Notes under the pieces: model-generated
Told to the model about the DNA's origin: nothing
The model's input: the letters and a program-made list of their open reading frames with translations, nothing else
Databases searched by the model: none
Shown here: positions 49,181 to 62,058 of the stretch, in pieces
How positions within the stretch are numbered: position 1 is the stretch's first letter
How the letters are laid out: each line of letters starts with the position of its first letter
Assembly: GCF_048593235.1 (NCBI RefSeq)
Contig: NC_133619.1
Span: forward strand, 582,979,963-583,043,962
Reading direction: 5' to 3'
DNA from: Sminthopsis crassicaudata
Taxonomy: Eukaryota
DNA: 64,000 nt
Position numbers and translations under genes: made by a program

Positions 49181-51629
49181 CTTATGATCAGACTATGAAG
49201 ATGGAAATAGTTCTGTTTATTCATCGGGGCCTAAATTCTGGGGATTTAGTTATTCTCCATTCTGTCTCATGTTTAATATAATGTTCTTTTACTAAATTCT
49301 TTCCCTAAAGTGTGTTCATTGAGCAATTATAGTGGCCAAGATGACAGAGTGGAAAGAATACTGCATTTGCTATAAGATTTGAGTTTGAATGCTGACTTTA
49401 TAACTTGCTATTTTTTGACTCTTGGCCAAGTCACAACCTACCTAGTTTTTAGTCTTTTTCTGGGGGAAATAAATGAGATGTTTTATCTTGAAGATATCTT
49501 TAAAGAATTCAATATAAATTCTCCTAAAATATGTGAGAGACTGATAGCAACGGAGTTTTGAACCCTGGAATAAGGGAGACAGAAATTCTCAGATAATAAG
49601 CAGCTTCTGGTTTGAGACAAATTTAGTATTTCTCCTGAACACAACCATAATTTTCCTTTATAATAAATGTGAATGAAGTGGTAAATAAGTTGAGGGAGAT
49701 TATTGTATTTGATATAACATGGAGACTAAGGGTTTTCACACTGAACTGCGAACCACTTTTGGTCAAGTTTCCCTTGAACTTGATAAGTATCCTAACTGTG
49801 CCTTTGTGTGCTTTTATGAAAAATCATAGCAAAAATGTTCAACAACCCAAGTCCTGGTCTGTCTCTTAGATCTCTATCCCCAATGCCAAATCAAGATCAG
49901 AAATTTACTTCTGCATTCCTGAGCTCATTTTTACATCTCTAACTTTTAAGGACTCACTCAGATTCTGAAGGATGTCTTCTCACAATCGAGTCACACATTT
50001 GTTCCTATGTTGTAAACATGCAAGGCCAGCTCACATAAATCCATTCCTTGTTGTTCAGAAAACTAGACAATTCCCAAGGTTGCCAGAGCTCTGGATTATC
50101 CAAAGATTTGAAGTTCTCCACTTAAGAGATTTCAAAGGTCTCTTGGGCTTTGACTGAAATACAACTGGAAAATATTTGATGAAATTAAAATCTACACTCT
50201 CTCTTTCTTGTGCTTTTATTCTTAAGAACAAAAAAAAATCCCTAGATCAGTCTTTCACCATCTTTCACTCACAATTTCACAAAGAACCCATTATTGGTCT
50301 TCTTATCTTCAATGTTCCCCTTACAATTTATCCACCATACAGTTGATAAACTGATGTTTTTGCTAAAGCATATGTATGATCATGTCAGAGGCATGAGCAA
50401 GAAACTTCAGTGATTCCCTAGAGTGTCTAGGATGATCTGAAATGCTATTGATGTATATAAAGTCCTTCATAAGCTGGTTTCCAGACTCTACCTTATAGGA
50501 GTAACTAGGTGGCACAATGGATAGAGTACTATGTGTGGAGTCAGAAAGAGTCGTCTCCTTGGGTTCAAATGTGGCCTCAGACACTTATTAAAAACTTTGT
50601 GACTTGGAAAGTCATTTAATCCTATTTGCCTCAGTTTCTTCATCTGTAAAATGAGGGGAAGAGGAAATGACAAAACACTCCAGTATTTTTGCCCAGAAAA
50701 GACCAAATGAGATCACAGTGTTAGACATGAATGAAACAACTAAGCAACAACTAAAATATGTTTATTTAAATAAATTTACACTCACAAATATTGTTATACT
50801 AATAGATAATGGAAATCAAACATTAAAAGATATAACTCACATTAAAAAAAAAAGTCCTTTGATGTCTTCTGTCATTTTAAAGAGGTTTTTTAAAGTTGTC
50901 TCAGGAACAAAAAGTTTGAGAACTGAGGTTGTCTGAGCAGTCTAAAACATTCTAAATTATTAGCTGTGTTGATCAGGCTATCTATTAGATGTTGTAGAAG
51001 TAAAAAAAAAATGTTACTACAATACTCATAGAAATCCAAATGGTTGTTTTATTGGGCAAACCATCCTAGGACTTGTACCACTTTCTTTCTTTCTTTTTTA
51101 TTTGGTGAGGCAATTAGGGTTGACTTGCCCAGGGTCAAACAGCTAGAAAGTGTTCATTTTCTGAGGTTAGATTTCAACTCAAATGTTCCTAATTCCAGGG
51201 CCAGTGCTCTATTCAACTCAACATCTAACTGCCCCCACGTGCCACTTCTTGCTATATAATTGTCCCTGGATCTTACATCCACTGAAATTTTACCTATGTT
51301 GTTTCATAACTGTCCTTTTAGTAGTAGCCAACTCAAAAATATCTGGGAGTCACTAAGGACCACTTTTACACTAAAGGCAAGGAAGAAATGTCAAAAAAGT
51401 ATAGTATGTTATATCACAATGAATATAAACTTCTGGAGGGCAAGTTTTATTTCTTTGTTTATTGTCCCAAAAATCTAAAACAAACTCTGGTTCTTAATGT
51501 TGAATTCAATTGAATTGGAGATTTGGCCTTTTTAAGTAAATCAAAACTAGCAAGATTCAGCATAAAGAGCACTTAAGGACTGGCCTAATAGGATAAAAAA
51601 AAGATCCAAATGGCTAATAAATTGACGTA

Positions 51630-52772
51630 ATTTTTGAGTTTTTTATTAAAACTTTTTTATTTTTAAAACACATGCATGGATAATTTTCAAGATTCACCCT
51701 TGCAAAATCTTGTGTTTTTTTTTCTTTGTTGTGTTTTCTTTTTTCCTTTTCCCCCCATTCCCCTCCCTAAATGGCAAGCAATTCAATTCTTCTATACATT
51801 TTCAAGATTCATCTTTGCAAAATCTTGTGTTTCTTTTTTTCTTTTTTGTGTTTTCTTATTTCCTTTCCCCCCCATCCCCTTCGCTAAATGGCAAGCAATT
51901 AAATTCTTCTATACATATTTTCACAAATATCATGTTGCACATGAAAAATCAGATCAAAAAAGAAAAAAAAATGAAAAAGAAAACAAAATGCAAGCAAAAA
52001 CAAAAAAAAGAGCGAAAATGCTATGTTGTGGTCCACACTCACTTTCCAAAGTCCTCTCTTTTGGGTAGATGGGTATCTTCATGACTGAACAATTGGAGCT
52101 GGTTTGAATCATTTCATTGTTGAGGAGAGCCACGTCCAACAGGATTGATCATCATATAGTCTTGTTGCTGTGTATAATGATCTCTTTGCTCTGCTCATTT
52201 CACTTAGCATTAGTTCATGTAAGTCTTCCCAGGCCTCTCTGAAAACATCCTGTTGGTCATTTCTTACAAAACAATAATACTCCATAACATTCATATGCCA
52301 TGATTTATTCAATAATTTTTCAATTGATGGGTATTCATTCAGGTTCCAGTTTCTTGCTACTACAAAAATGGCTGCCACAAACATTTTTGCACATGTAGGT
52401 CCCTTTCCTCCCTTTAAAATTTCCCTGGCATATAAGCCCAGCAGAAACACTGGGTCAAAGGATATGCATAGTTTGATAGATAACTTTTTGAGCATAGTTC
52501 CAAATTGCTCTCCAGAATGGTTGGAGCAGTTCACAATTCCACCGATAATGTATCAGTTTTCCAGTTTTCCCACATCCCCTCCAACATTCATCATTATCTT
52601 TTTCTGTCATCGTAGCCAATCTGAGAGGTGTGATGTGGTAGTTTTAATTTTCATTTTTCTGATCAATAGTGATTTGGAGCACCTTTTTATATGACTAGAA
52701 ATAGTTTCAATTTCTTCATCTGAAAATTGTCTATTTGTATCCTTTGATCATTTATCAATCGAAGAATGGCTT
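51630..52772 (-). mobile_element. L1 3' end with an internal tandem duplication of about 115 bp (51684-51798 / 51799-51916), no TSD
   Basis: ORF 52109-52534 is the L1 ORF2 C-terminus; the two flanks belong to different parts of the duplication unit. Confidence 0.9.
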
Positions 52773-53455
52773 GAAAATGACAGACTTCTAAGCGGAGACC
52801 CCAAGGGAGCAGAACTGAAGAGATTTCTACAAATTCTACCAAAAGGGTCTTTGTTCTTTCTGAAATAGTTTTGTGTATGCCTAGTTGGATTTGATTATAG
52901 GTTTCTTAATATAATTACTCAATGAATCCAGTATAAATGAGTGTAGGTATGAGACAGATTTAAAGAACCCAAGATCTTCATTTAAGACACATGGGACTGG
53001 AGAAGAAAAGATTTCAAGAAGCCTAGAAGAGTTGGAAGAGAGAAGGAGAGACAAGGACATGCTATAAGGAGCAAAGGGCAGGTCACTAAGATCACGGATG
53101 TCTGAGTCAATCAATTGGAAGGAGAATCAAGCCTGAAGCTGTATTGCTAATACTTCTCAGACCATAGAGACCAAGAAAGCCTACTTGATCTCCTTGAGGA
53201 AAGTCTGAAAGTATGTTTTCTAAAGCCTGTATCATTTAAGCATTTTTCTTCCTTATTATGAAAAAATAAAACTAAACCCAAATCTTTGTTAGTTTGAATA
53301 TACATTTTATTTTTCTAAGTGGAGTAAAAAAAATTAAAAATAGCTGGAAAAGAGAAAGATGTATTGGAAGGAAGGAGAGAGAAAGAGAGCCGGGGGCAGA
53401 GATTAAGAGTTTAAGACATTAACATTGCCATGTTCTGTCAAAATGAAAATATTTT

Positions 53456-56198
53456 ATTTCTTTGTCTCTTTAAAAACTTTTTATTTAATTTTCAAAATTT
53501 ATTTTAATTAAAAGAAACAGTAAGAAAAAAGGAAAAAGAGTAAATAAATGCAAAAGAAAATAAAACAAAGCAAAAGAGAATATTGTGATGTACTCAGCAG
53601 AACATCAGGGAAGAGTCAAAATATATAACAACAAATTGAGAGATCAAAAAAGTATATATATATATACACACATATATATATACATATATATGTAGAAATT
53701 ATATTCATGAATGTCCACTTTTTATTTTCATTCTGTATTTGTTCTTTGACTTTCTGCTACGCATATTATTTACTTTATTTTTCCCCATTAATCCCTCCAT
53801 ATATGCAAACTACAGTTAAGAAAAGGTATATTTATGTATACTTATGTAGATATATGCATACTTACACACACTCACATATGCCCTATCTACACCCATGTCT
53901 TTGCTTTCATTCTGCTATATAACTGATCTTGCTATTACCTAACTTCTCCCCACCCAAGAATCCCTCTTTTTCTTTTTCCTTCACCCTTTACTTCCCTATC
54001 CACCCATCCCCCTGTTTTCTTTATAAACATGTATACTTTTCATGGTATATTGTTATGGGCCAGAACTCTGAAACAAGGATTCTTACAAGGTGCTAAATCG
54101 GTGGAATTGATAAAGACAATGTATGTTTAGCATGGTGCTTAACAGTTCTCTAGTTCAGTCCATGTACTTAGTACTTACTATAGTTCTACAAGATGCACAC
54201 CTTTGATAAGAGACCATATAAGCTCCTACAAACTCAGCCAGAATAACAAGTGGAAGATAGAGACCTTTGGTGGCAGTCTTCCTGCCTCTCCCACAGAAAA
54301 CAAGACACATTTAGGAGGACCTCAAGAAGCTGGCAGAGGTAGAGAAGACAAAGGACTGGCAGCAGGAGCTCAAGCTCTTGGAATCAAAGAGAGAGATAGG
54401 CCTCTAAGAAAGCTAACCGGGCCCAGAAAAGTAGACAAGACTTTGATAATAAAGGATTTGGACTTTAATACCTGGCTGTACTTGTGGTGATTACTGAACT
54501 GAAAGGAAGGGTGCTCACAGAGACCTCAAGAAAACTGAACAAGAGAACATTACAGTATATATGTAGTGTTACAGCCCTTTGAACCCATTTCTCATGTGAG
54601 TAGGTTTTCAGAACTACCATCCCTCCTCCACCCTCTAATACCTGTCTATTCTTCTTTTGCACTTCATTTATATAATATGATTGCTATTTTTACCTTAAGT
54701 CTGCCAGTCTTTCTTTTGAGCTTCTCTATTGTTGATGTGAATCTTAAGCACAGAGTATACATTTCACCTTGTAAAAAAAAAAATCCATCTTTAACCAGTT
54801 TGTCCATGTTGAGTTGATATTGGCTTTTATATGTTAACTTTTCAATTAAGTTCAGATTTGGTTGATAGAAAGTCCTAAAAATCTGCAAGTTTGTTAAAAG
54901 TCCATTTTTTCTCATTAAAATTATAGATGATTTTGTTGGATATGATATTTTTTTGCCACAAGCCTAGGGATTTTAATTGTTGGTAGATATGATTCCAAGA
55001 TCTCTGGACTTTTGTAACTGCAGTTAAGTCTTGTACAATTCTAATTGTAGCTCTGGCATATTTGAATTCTTTTTTTCTTGTTTCTAACAAAATTTTCTCT
55101 TTAATCTGGGGGTTTCAAAATTTGGCAATTATATTCCTGAGTGCTTTCCACAAAGGATATCTTTGAATTGGAAGTCAGTGGATTTTTTCTATTTCTACTT
55201 TCCCCTCATGTTTTCTTACTCCAGGACAATTTTCTTGGATTATTTCCTGTATTATTGTGTCAAGGTTCTCTTTTTTTTTTAGTCATAACTTCTGGCAGTC
55301 CAATTAATCTTACTATTTTCATCTTTGAGACTCTTGTTTTTTCTAGGTGGTTAACTTTTTTCATAATATTTTTTTCTTGGAAGATTTGTATTTTTAGCTT
55401 TTCCTCAATGTCTCTGATTTTATTTTTGAATACTTACTTTTAATTATTTTATAAATTCTCCCTGGGCAGGGAGGCATTCCACATAACTCTTTGGGATAGA
55501 AGTTTTTTTGTTTTTGTTTTTGTTTTTTTCCTAAAGTATCCTTCTCTTAACCCTAGTCATCCCTGTTCCCACACTATGTTGCAATGACGGGGTTCTTTCT
55601 TCTTTGCTGATTCACTTTTTTAAAATATGGGGTATTAGTGTAAGCATCTCAAATTGTGAGGTGGGCATATAGTGCCTCAAGATTCCCGTCAGCTTTCGAA
55701 TCTGATCAGGAACTCAAAACCTAGAATTCCCAATTCCTCCAAATGCCTGCAGCCAACAGTGTCCTTTCCACTCACCAGGAGCTGGTTTCTTGTTGTCCAC
55801 TGCATCTCAGCAGCTCAGTTGGGATTGACATTCCCAATCAACCAAGATTCACTCTATCTTCTGGGATAGAAACCCTGACTCCATAAATAGTATAGGAGGT
55901 GAAAGTCTCTATGGTTCCTGATAAGGCTCCAATTACACCAACCTCTCCTCCAGACTTCCCACTTAATGTTTCTGCCTAGTTAGTCCATCTGCACTTCAGA
56001 CAGGTTAACCCCCAGCCCAGGGTCTTTCTTTACATCTTCTTGGGTTGTATCAGGAAAAATTTTTTTCTGCCCCAGGTCTCCTTGATTTTCCACTAGCCTA
56101 TGTTTGCCCTGAAGGGCAATTAGTTCTATTTGTGGGGAGAAATCTGGAGTGTTTGAAATTTGCCAACCTACTCTGCCATCTCTCCAAAATCCTCCCTC
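53456..56198 (-). mobile_element. ORF1-only L1 derivative (HAL1-like) with 17-bp TSD
   Basis: ca[a/g]aatgaaaatatttt at 53439-53455 and 56199-56215; 5' motif gagatggcagagtag; ORF1 RRM/CTD remnants (IQEIIQENCP, EIEKIH, IRIVQDL, WTFNKLADF); A-rich tail; no ORF2 sequence. Confidence 0.75.
54051..54554 (+). mobile_element. Solo ERV LTR (504 bp) with perfect 6-bp TSD
   Basis: TGT...ACA termini, gtatat on both sides, TATA-like catataag near 54215, AATAAA near 54449. Confidence 0.88.
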
Positions 56199-56629
56199 CA
56201 GAATGAAAATATTTTCAATAAACAATTGAAGCTTAAAAAATGGTGAGAATCGTTGACTATTTTTGTTAAAATCTCCAAGAAAAATGACGCAATAATAATT
56301 CACTGAAAGTAGCAAATAAAAGTAGTAAAACAAACTCCACTCATTGTAAGACATCATTTATTCTAAAATGGAACATATTCTCTTTTTGCTTAAGTTTTCA
56401 GTCTCTTTAATTCAATGACTTAATCAGAAGGTAACTCTACCTAGTAATCTTTCCTGATCTACTCAGCTGAATCTATCTATATGTATATATTTAATTCCCC
56501 TCACTTATACCTAGAATATTTTTTTAAATCTCTTCTTTGCTCTTTATTTTATGTTATACTTAAATATGAAAAATCATCTTTCATTTTCCCCCTTGAAACA
56601 TGAGCTTGTAGAAAATAGGAATGGAGTAC

Positions 56630-56643
<14 letters not shown>

Positions 56644-56670
<27 letters not shown>
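56644..56670. repeat. (TA)n/(TG)n microsatellite
   Basis: Seen directly. Confidence 0.9.
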
Positions 56671-56671
<1 letters not shown>

Positions 56672-58721
56672 ATTACATGTATATTTATTTATTTTGAAAT
56701 ACATTATCCAGCTACTCAAAAATTTAACAGTCAAAGTAGGATGTAAATTCTATTAAATATATCTTTTTTAATCATCTCCTATGTGTTGAACATTATGCTT
56801 AGTGCTGGTTAAACAAAGACCAAAATAAAGCACTTCATGTTCTCAGAGAATTTACATTCTATTACAAGTAAAACAACATGATCATAAACAAGTAAAAACA
56901 AATATTTAAAAACTAACTATAGGGCAATATCAAGGTGAGAAATGCACAAAAACTAGGGTAGCTAGGAAAGGCTATGTGCAGGAGATGACAGTTTAATGGA
57001 ATCCTTAAAAAAGATAGAGATCTAAAAGTTGCAGAGAAATTCATTTAAAGAAGAAGGAAATCACCTTTCCAAAGGTTTGGTAGCATGAAATGGAATATCA
57101 TGGAGCAAAGTTAGTAAATCAGTCAGTATTAATTTAATAAATGGCAATTATATGCCCATGCTAAGAGATGGAGCAAAGGAAACAAAATGATAAACACTGC
57201 TATTGAATGTATCATATTTATATTTATACCCATCTCAAGCAAGCAAACAAACAAAAACAAAACAAAAACATATGTACAATCAAGCTATCCTAGGATAAAT
57301 ACAGATAATAGAGGGAAGGCACCAGGAATAACCCTAGAAACAGCAAGTAGGAAGAAGTAAAGAATTCGAAGCAAAGCAATTTGAAATGAATTTAGAAAAA
57401 TAAGTTGAAATCATATTGTAAAGTACTTTAAATATCAATCAGAAGAGTTGATATATTATCCCAAAATTAATAAGGCATCAATAAAGTCTCTTGAGCAAGT
57501 AAGTGTCAAAATCAGATGTGTGCTTCAAGATTATTTATCTGGATACTGAGGAGAAGATTATGTAGAGATAGGAGAGAGCATCAGTAGGAAAATTAATAAG
57601 AAAGATACTTTATAAGTCCAGATAAGAGGTCATGGTGTCTCAAACAAAAGAGATAATCCTGTGAGTAGAAAGGAGGGAATGTGAAAATGTGGAGGTAGAC
57701 ATGATATGTTAAGAGATTAGCTGGGGGCCTGAAGGAGACAAAACTGAGAGGATTCTAAGGAAAGTCATGAACTGCTTTAATGGTAATGATGGTGGTACCC
57801 TAGACAGAAATAGAGAAATGCCAAACGTATTGGGTATGGGAATGGGAGGATAATCATCTCTGANNNNNNNNNNNNNNNNNNNNNNNNNNNNNNNNNNNNN
57901 NNNNNNNNNNNNNNNNNNNNNNNNNNNNNNNNNNNNNNNNNNNNNNNNNNNNNNNNNNNNNNNNNNNNNNNNNNNNNNNNNNNNNNNNNNNNNNNNNNNN
58001 NNNNNNNNNNNNNNNNNNNGAGTCATGGAGGTAGGAATAAGCCTGAAGAAGATAGAGCAAAAAATGGGAAGAAAAGTATAAGGAGGAAATCTTGACCAGA
58101 GCTAAGATTAGTATCAATTTGTAAACTCTAAATTGTTCTCTGTGGATTAAATAAATCATGGTTAAAAGCATTGTGGGTTAAATGATTCATATAGAAATAT
58201 ATTAAATATAAAGTGGTCATATGTAAATATAAATATTCTCACCAGATCAAGAAAGTTAGCAGCCAATTCCATTTTGGCTAATTATTTTTATATACTTTGT
58301 ACAAAAGTTACATTCCCCTGTATATCCTGAGTGCTTTAATTCATTTCCTACTTAAGAAGTTTCAATAAAATGCAGAAGTACTTTGAGAACAAATCCTCTT
58401 TATAGAAATGCTGTGGTATACCTTTCTTGATATATAATAAAAGGTATAAGTGCAGGGATCTGTGGGAGAAAATTTGACTGATCATTCTGGTTTTATGTGC
58501 CTTTTCTCTCACAATACCTAAGTCACAAGTAGATACTATGTAGTGTTTCAGTAATTCCAGGCTACAATTTCACACCAGTTTTCCCCCCGGTTTTTATCTC
58601 TTCTAAGTGAGATATGTTTTTCCTGATTAGAATGGTAATGACCTCACATAATTTAAGATGCAATTTCTCAGTATCATAATTCTCATATGTGATGGGAATA
58701 AGTTCTTAGCACGACCTACCC

Positions 58722-59675
58722 CTAGGTAGAACGAATTCTTGTGGGGACAAATAGACGGATTATCCCTGTGCGAATCTGCTTGGTCTTTACACTATAGATT
58801 AGAGGATTGAGCACAGGAGGCACCAGCAAGTAGATGTGAGCCATGAAAATGTGGACAAGGGGAGAGGCATGCTTTGCAAAACGGTGGACAAGAGACAGAC
58901 CAATCATGGGCACATAGAGGATGAGGACAGCACAGATGTGGGAGGCACATGTGTTGAGAGCTTTGAGCCTTTCCTTCCGTGATGCAATGCTTAGCACAGA
59001 ACGGAGAATGAAGATATAAGAAATCAGAATGCCCAGGGAATCAAATCCCCATAGAATGATAACTAAAACCAACCCATAGATGACATTAAACTTAATATCA
59101 GCACAAGCCAAGCGAATCAAGTCCTGATGTAGGCAGTAAGAATGAGAAAGGACATGGGAGCGACAAAAAGGAAAGTATGCAAGACGGATCATCAGTGGAA
59201 TAATGGGTAGTGAACTCCTGAGAAAAGCTGCTATTCCAATCTTGCCAATGCGCTGTGGAGTGAGGATGGTGGAATACCTCAAGGGGTGACAGATTGCTAC
59301 ATAGCGGTCAAAGGCCATTGCCAGGAGCACTGCTGATTCTGTGTTGGAGAAAGTATGGATGAAGAACATCTGTATCACACAAGTGTTGAATTCAATCTTC
59401 CTGGAGATGGACCACAGCACTCTGAAGAGTGATATAAGAGTGGGAAAGGACATGCCCATATCAGTGAGAGACAACATGGCCAAGAAATAATACATGGGTT
59501 CATGAAGACTTGGGTCAGTCCTGACTATATGAAGGATAATACAGTTGCCCACTATCCCAATCAGGTAGAAGATGCAGAAAGGGATGGAGATCCAGTGATG
59601 TAGTGCCTCATATCCAGGAATTCCAATGAAGTAGAATGTGGTAGATAGGTCACTACTGGTATTGAAGTCTGCCAT
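58722..59675 (-). CDS. Class I olfactory receptor, OR51 family, copy C, intact ORF (317 aa); expression possibly impaired by the upstream L1
   Basis: Same motifs as copy B; ends two codons earlier (TGG in B vs TAG). Confidence 0.93.
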   Translation of the reverse strand: MADFNTSSDLSTTFYFIGIPGYEALHHWISIPFCIFYLIGIVGNCIILHIVRTDPSLHEPMYYFLAMLSLTDMGMSFPTLISLFRVLWSISRKIEFNTCVIQMFFIHTFSNTESAVLLAMAFDRYVAICHPLRYSTILTPQRIGKIGIAAFLRSSLPIIPLMIRLAYFPFCRSHVLSHSYCLHQDLIRLACADIKFNVIYGLVLVIILWGFDSLGILISYIFILRSVLSIASRKERLKALNTCASHICAVLILYVPMIGLSLVHRFAKHASPLVHIFMAHIYLLVPPVLNPLIYSVKTKQIRTGIIRLFVPTRIRST

Positions 59676-59724
59676 GGAGTTTCTGTAAAGAGCTGCAATC
59701 CCATGTCACACACACAATTACTTC

Positions 59725-62058
59725 TTTTTTTATAGATTTTTATTTACAAGATATATGCATGGGTAATTTTTCAGCATTGACAATTGCAAAACCTTTTGTT
59801 CCAACTTTTCCCCTCCTTCTCCCCATGCCCTCCCCCAGATGGCAGGTTGACCATTACATGCTAAATATATTAAAGTATAAATTCAATTCAATATATGTTT
59901 ACATGTCCAAACAGTTATTTTGCTGTATAAAAAGAATTGGACTTTGAAATAGTGTACAATTAATCTGTGAAGCAAATAAAAAATGCAGGTGGGCAAAATA
60001 GAGGGATTGGGAATTCTATGTAGTGGTTCATAGTCATTTCCCAGAGTTCTTTTGCTGGGTGTAGCTGGTTCAATTCATTACTGCTCTATTGGAACTGATT
60101 TGATTCATCTCATTGTTGAAGATGGCCACATCCATCGGAATTGATCATCATATATTATTGTTGTTGAAGTATATAATGATCTCTTGGTCCTGCTCATTTC
60201 ACTCAGCATCAGTTCATGTAAGTCACTCCAGGCCTTTCTGAAATCATCCTGCTGGTCATTTCTTACAGAACAATAATATTCCATAATATTCATATATCAC
60301 AATTTATTCAGCCATTCTCCAATTGATGGGCATCCACTCAGTTTCCAATTTCTGGCCAGTACAAAGAGGGCTGCCAAAAACATTCTTGCACATGTTGGTT
60401 CCCTTTCCTTTCTTTAAGATCTTTTTGGGATATAAGCCCAGTAGTAACACTGCTGGGTCAAAGGATATGCACAGAGTGATAACTTTTTGAGCATAGTTCC
60501 AAATCATTCTCCAGAATGGCTGGATGTATTCACAATTCCACCAGCAATGTATCAGTGTCCCTGTTTTCCCACATCCCCTCCGACATTGTACATTATATCT
60601 CCCTATCATTCTAGCTAATCTGACAGGTGTGTAGTGGTATCTCAGAGTTGTCTTAATTTGCATTTCTCTGATTAATGATGAGTTGGAGCATCTTTTCATA
60701 TGGCTAGAAATAGTTTCAATTTCTTCATCTGAGAATTGTCTGTTCATATCCTTTGACCATTTATCAATTGGAGAATGGCTTGATTTCTTATAAATTAGAG
60801 TAAATTCTCTATATATTTTGGAAATGAGGCCTTTATTAGAACCTTTGATTGTAAAAATGTTTTCTCAGTTTATTGCTTTCCTTCTAATCTTGTCTGCATT
60901 AGTTTTGTTTGTACAAAAACTTTTCAATTAGACAAAGTCAAAATTTTCTCTTTTGAAATCAATAATGATCTCTATTTCTTCTTTGGTCATAAATTCCTTC
61001 CTCTTCCAGAGGTGTGAGAGATAAACTATCCTATGTTTCTCTAATTTATTTAAATCTCATTCTTTATGCCTATGTCATGAACCCATTTTGACCTTATCTT
61101 GGTGTATGGTATTAAATGTGGGTCAATGCTTAGTTTCTGCCATACTAATTTCCAATTTTTCCCAGAAATTTTTGTCAAACAGTGAGTTCTTATCCCCAAA
61201 TCTGAGGTCTTTGGGTTTGTCAAACACTTGATTATTAAAGTGATTGTTTTGTCCTTTGAACCTAACCTATTACATTGATCAAGTGGTCTATTTCTTAGCC
61301 AATATCAAATGGTTTTGGTAACTGCTGCTTTACAATATAATTTTAAATCTGGTACAGCTAGGACACTTTTATTTGATTTTTTTTATTAATTACCCTGAAA
61401 TTCTTGACCTTTTGTTTTTCCATATGAACTTTGTTGTCATTTTTTTCTAGGTCATTAAAATAATTTTTGGGAGTCTGATTGGTATATTGCTAAATAAATA
61501 GATTAGTTTAAGTAGTTTTGTCATCTTTATTAAATTTGCTCGCCCTATCCAAGAGCATTTAATATTTTTTCCAATTGGTTAGATCAGACTTAATTTGTGT
61601 GGAAAGTGTTTTGTAGTTTTGCTCATATAGTTTCTGATTTTCCCTTGGCAGATAGATTCCTAAATATTTTATACTATTGGTACTTACTTTAAATGAAATT
61701 CCTCTTTGTAGCTCTAACTGTTAGATTTTGTTAGTGACATGTAAGAATACTGATGATTTATGTGGATTTATTTTGTATCCTGCAACTATGCTAAAGGTGT
61801 GGATTATTTCTAATAGCTTTTTAGTAGAATCTCTGGGGTTCTCTAAGTATATGATCACATCATCAACAAAGAGTGGTAATTTGGTTTCCTCAATACCTAC
61901 TCTAATTCCTTTAATCTTTCTCAACTCTTATTGCCAAAGCTAGCATTTCTAATAAAGTATTGAATAGTAATGGTGATAGTGGGCAACTTTGTTTCACTCC
62001 TGATCTTATTGGGAATGGTTGCAGTTTATCCCCATTACATATGATGCTTACTGATGGT
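59725..62058 (-). mobile_element. 5'-truncated L1 (2.33 kb) with 14-bp TSD
   Basis: cacacaatta[c/t]ttc at 59711-59724 and 62059-62072; T run at 59725; AATAAA on the minus strand at 59744-59739; ORF2 pieces 61721-61924 (LFVDDV) and 60304-60747. Confidence 0.95.

Larger units (their letters stand above)
39435..51625. repeat. Segmental duplication copy B (most complete OR51 unit)
   Basis: Collinear with A and C; retains ancient L3, L2 and MIR pieces. Confidence 0.9.
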
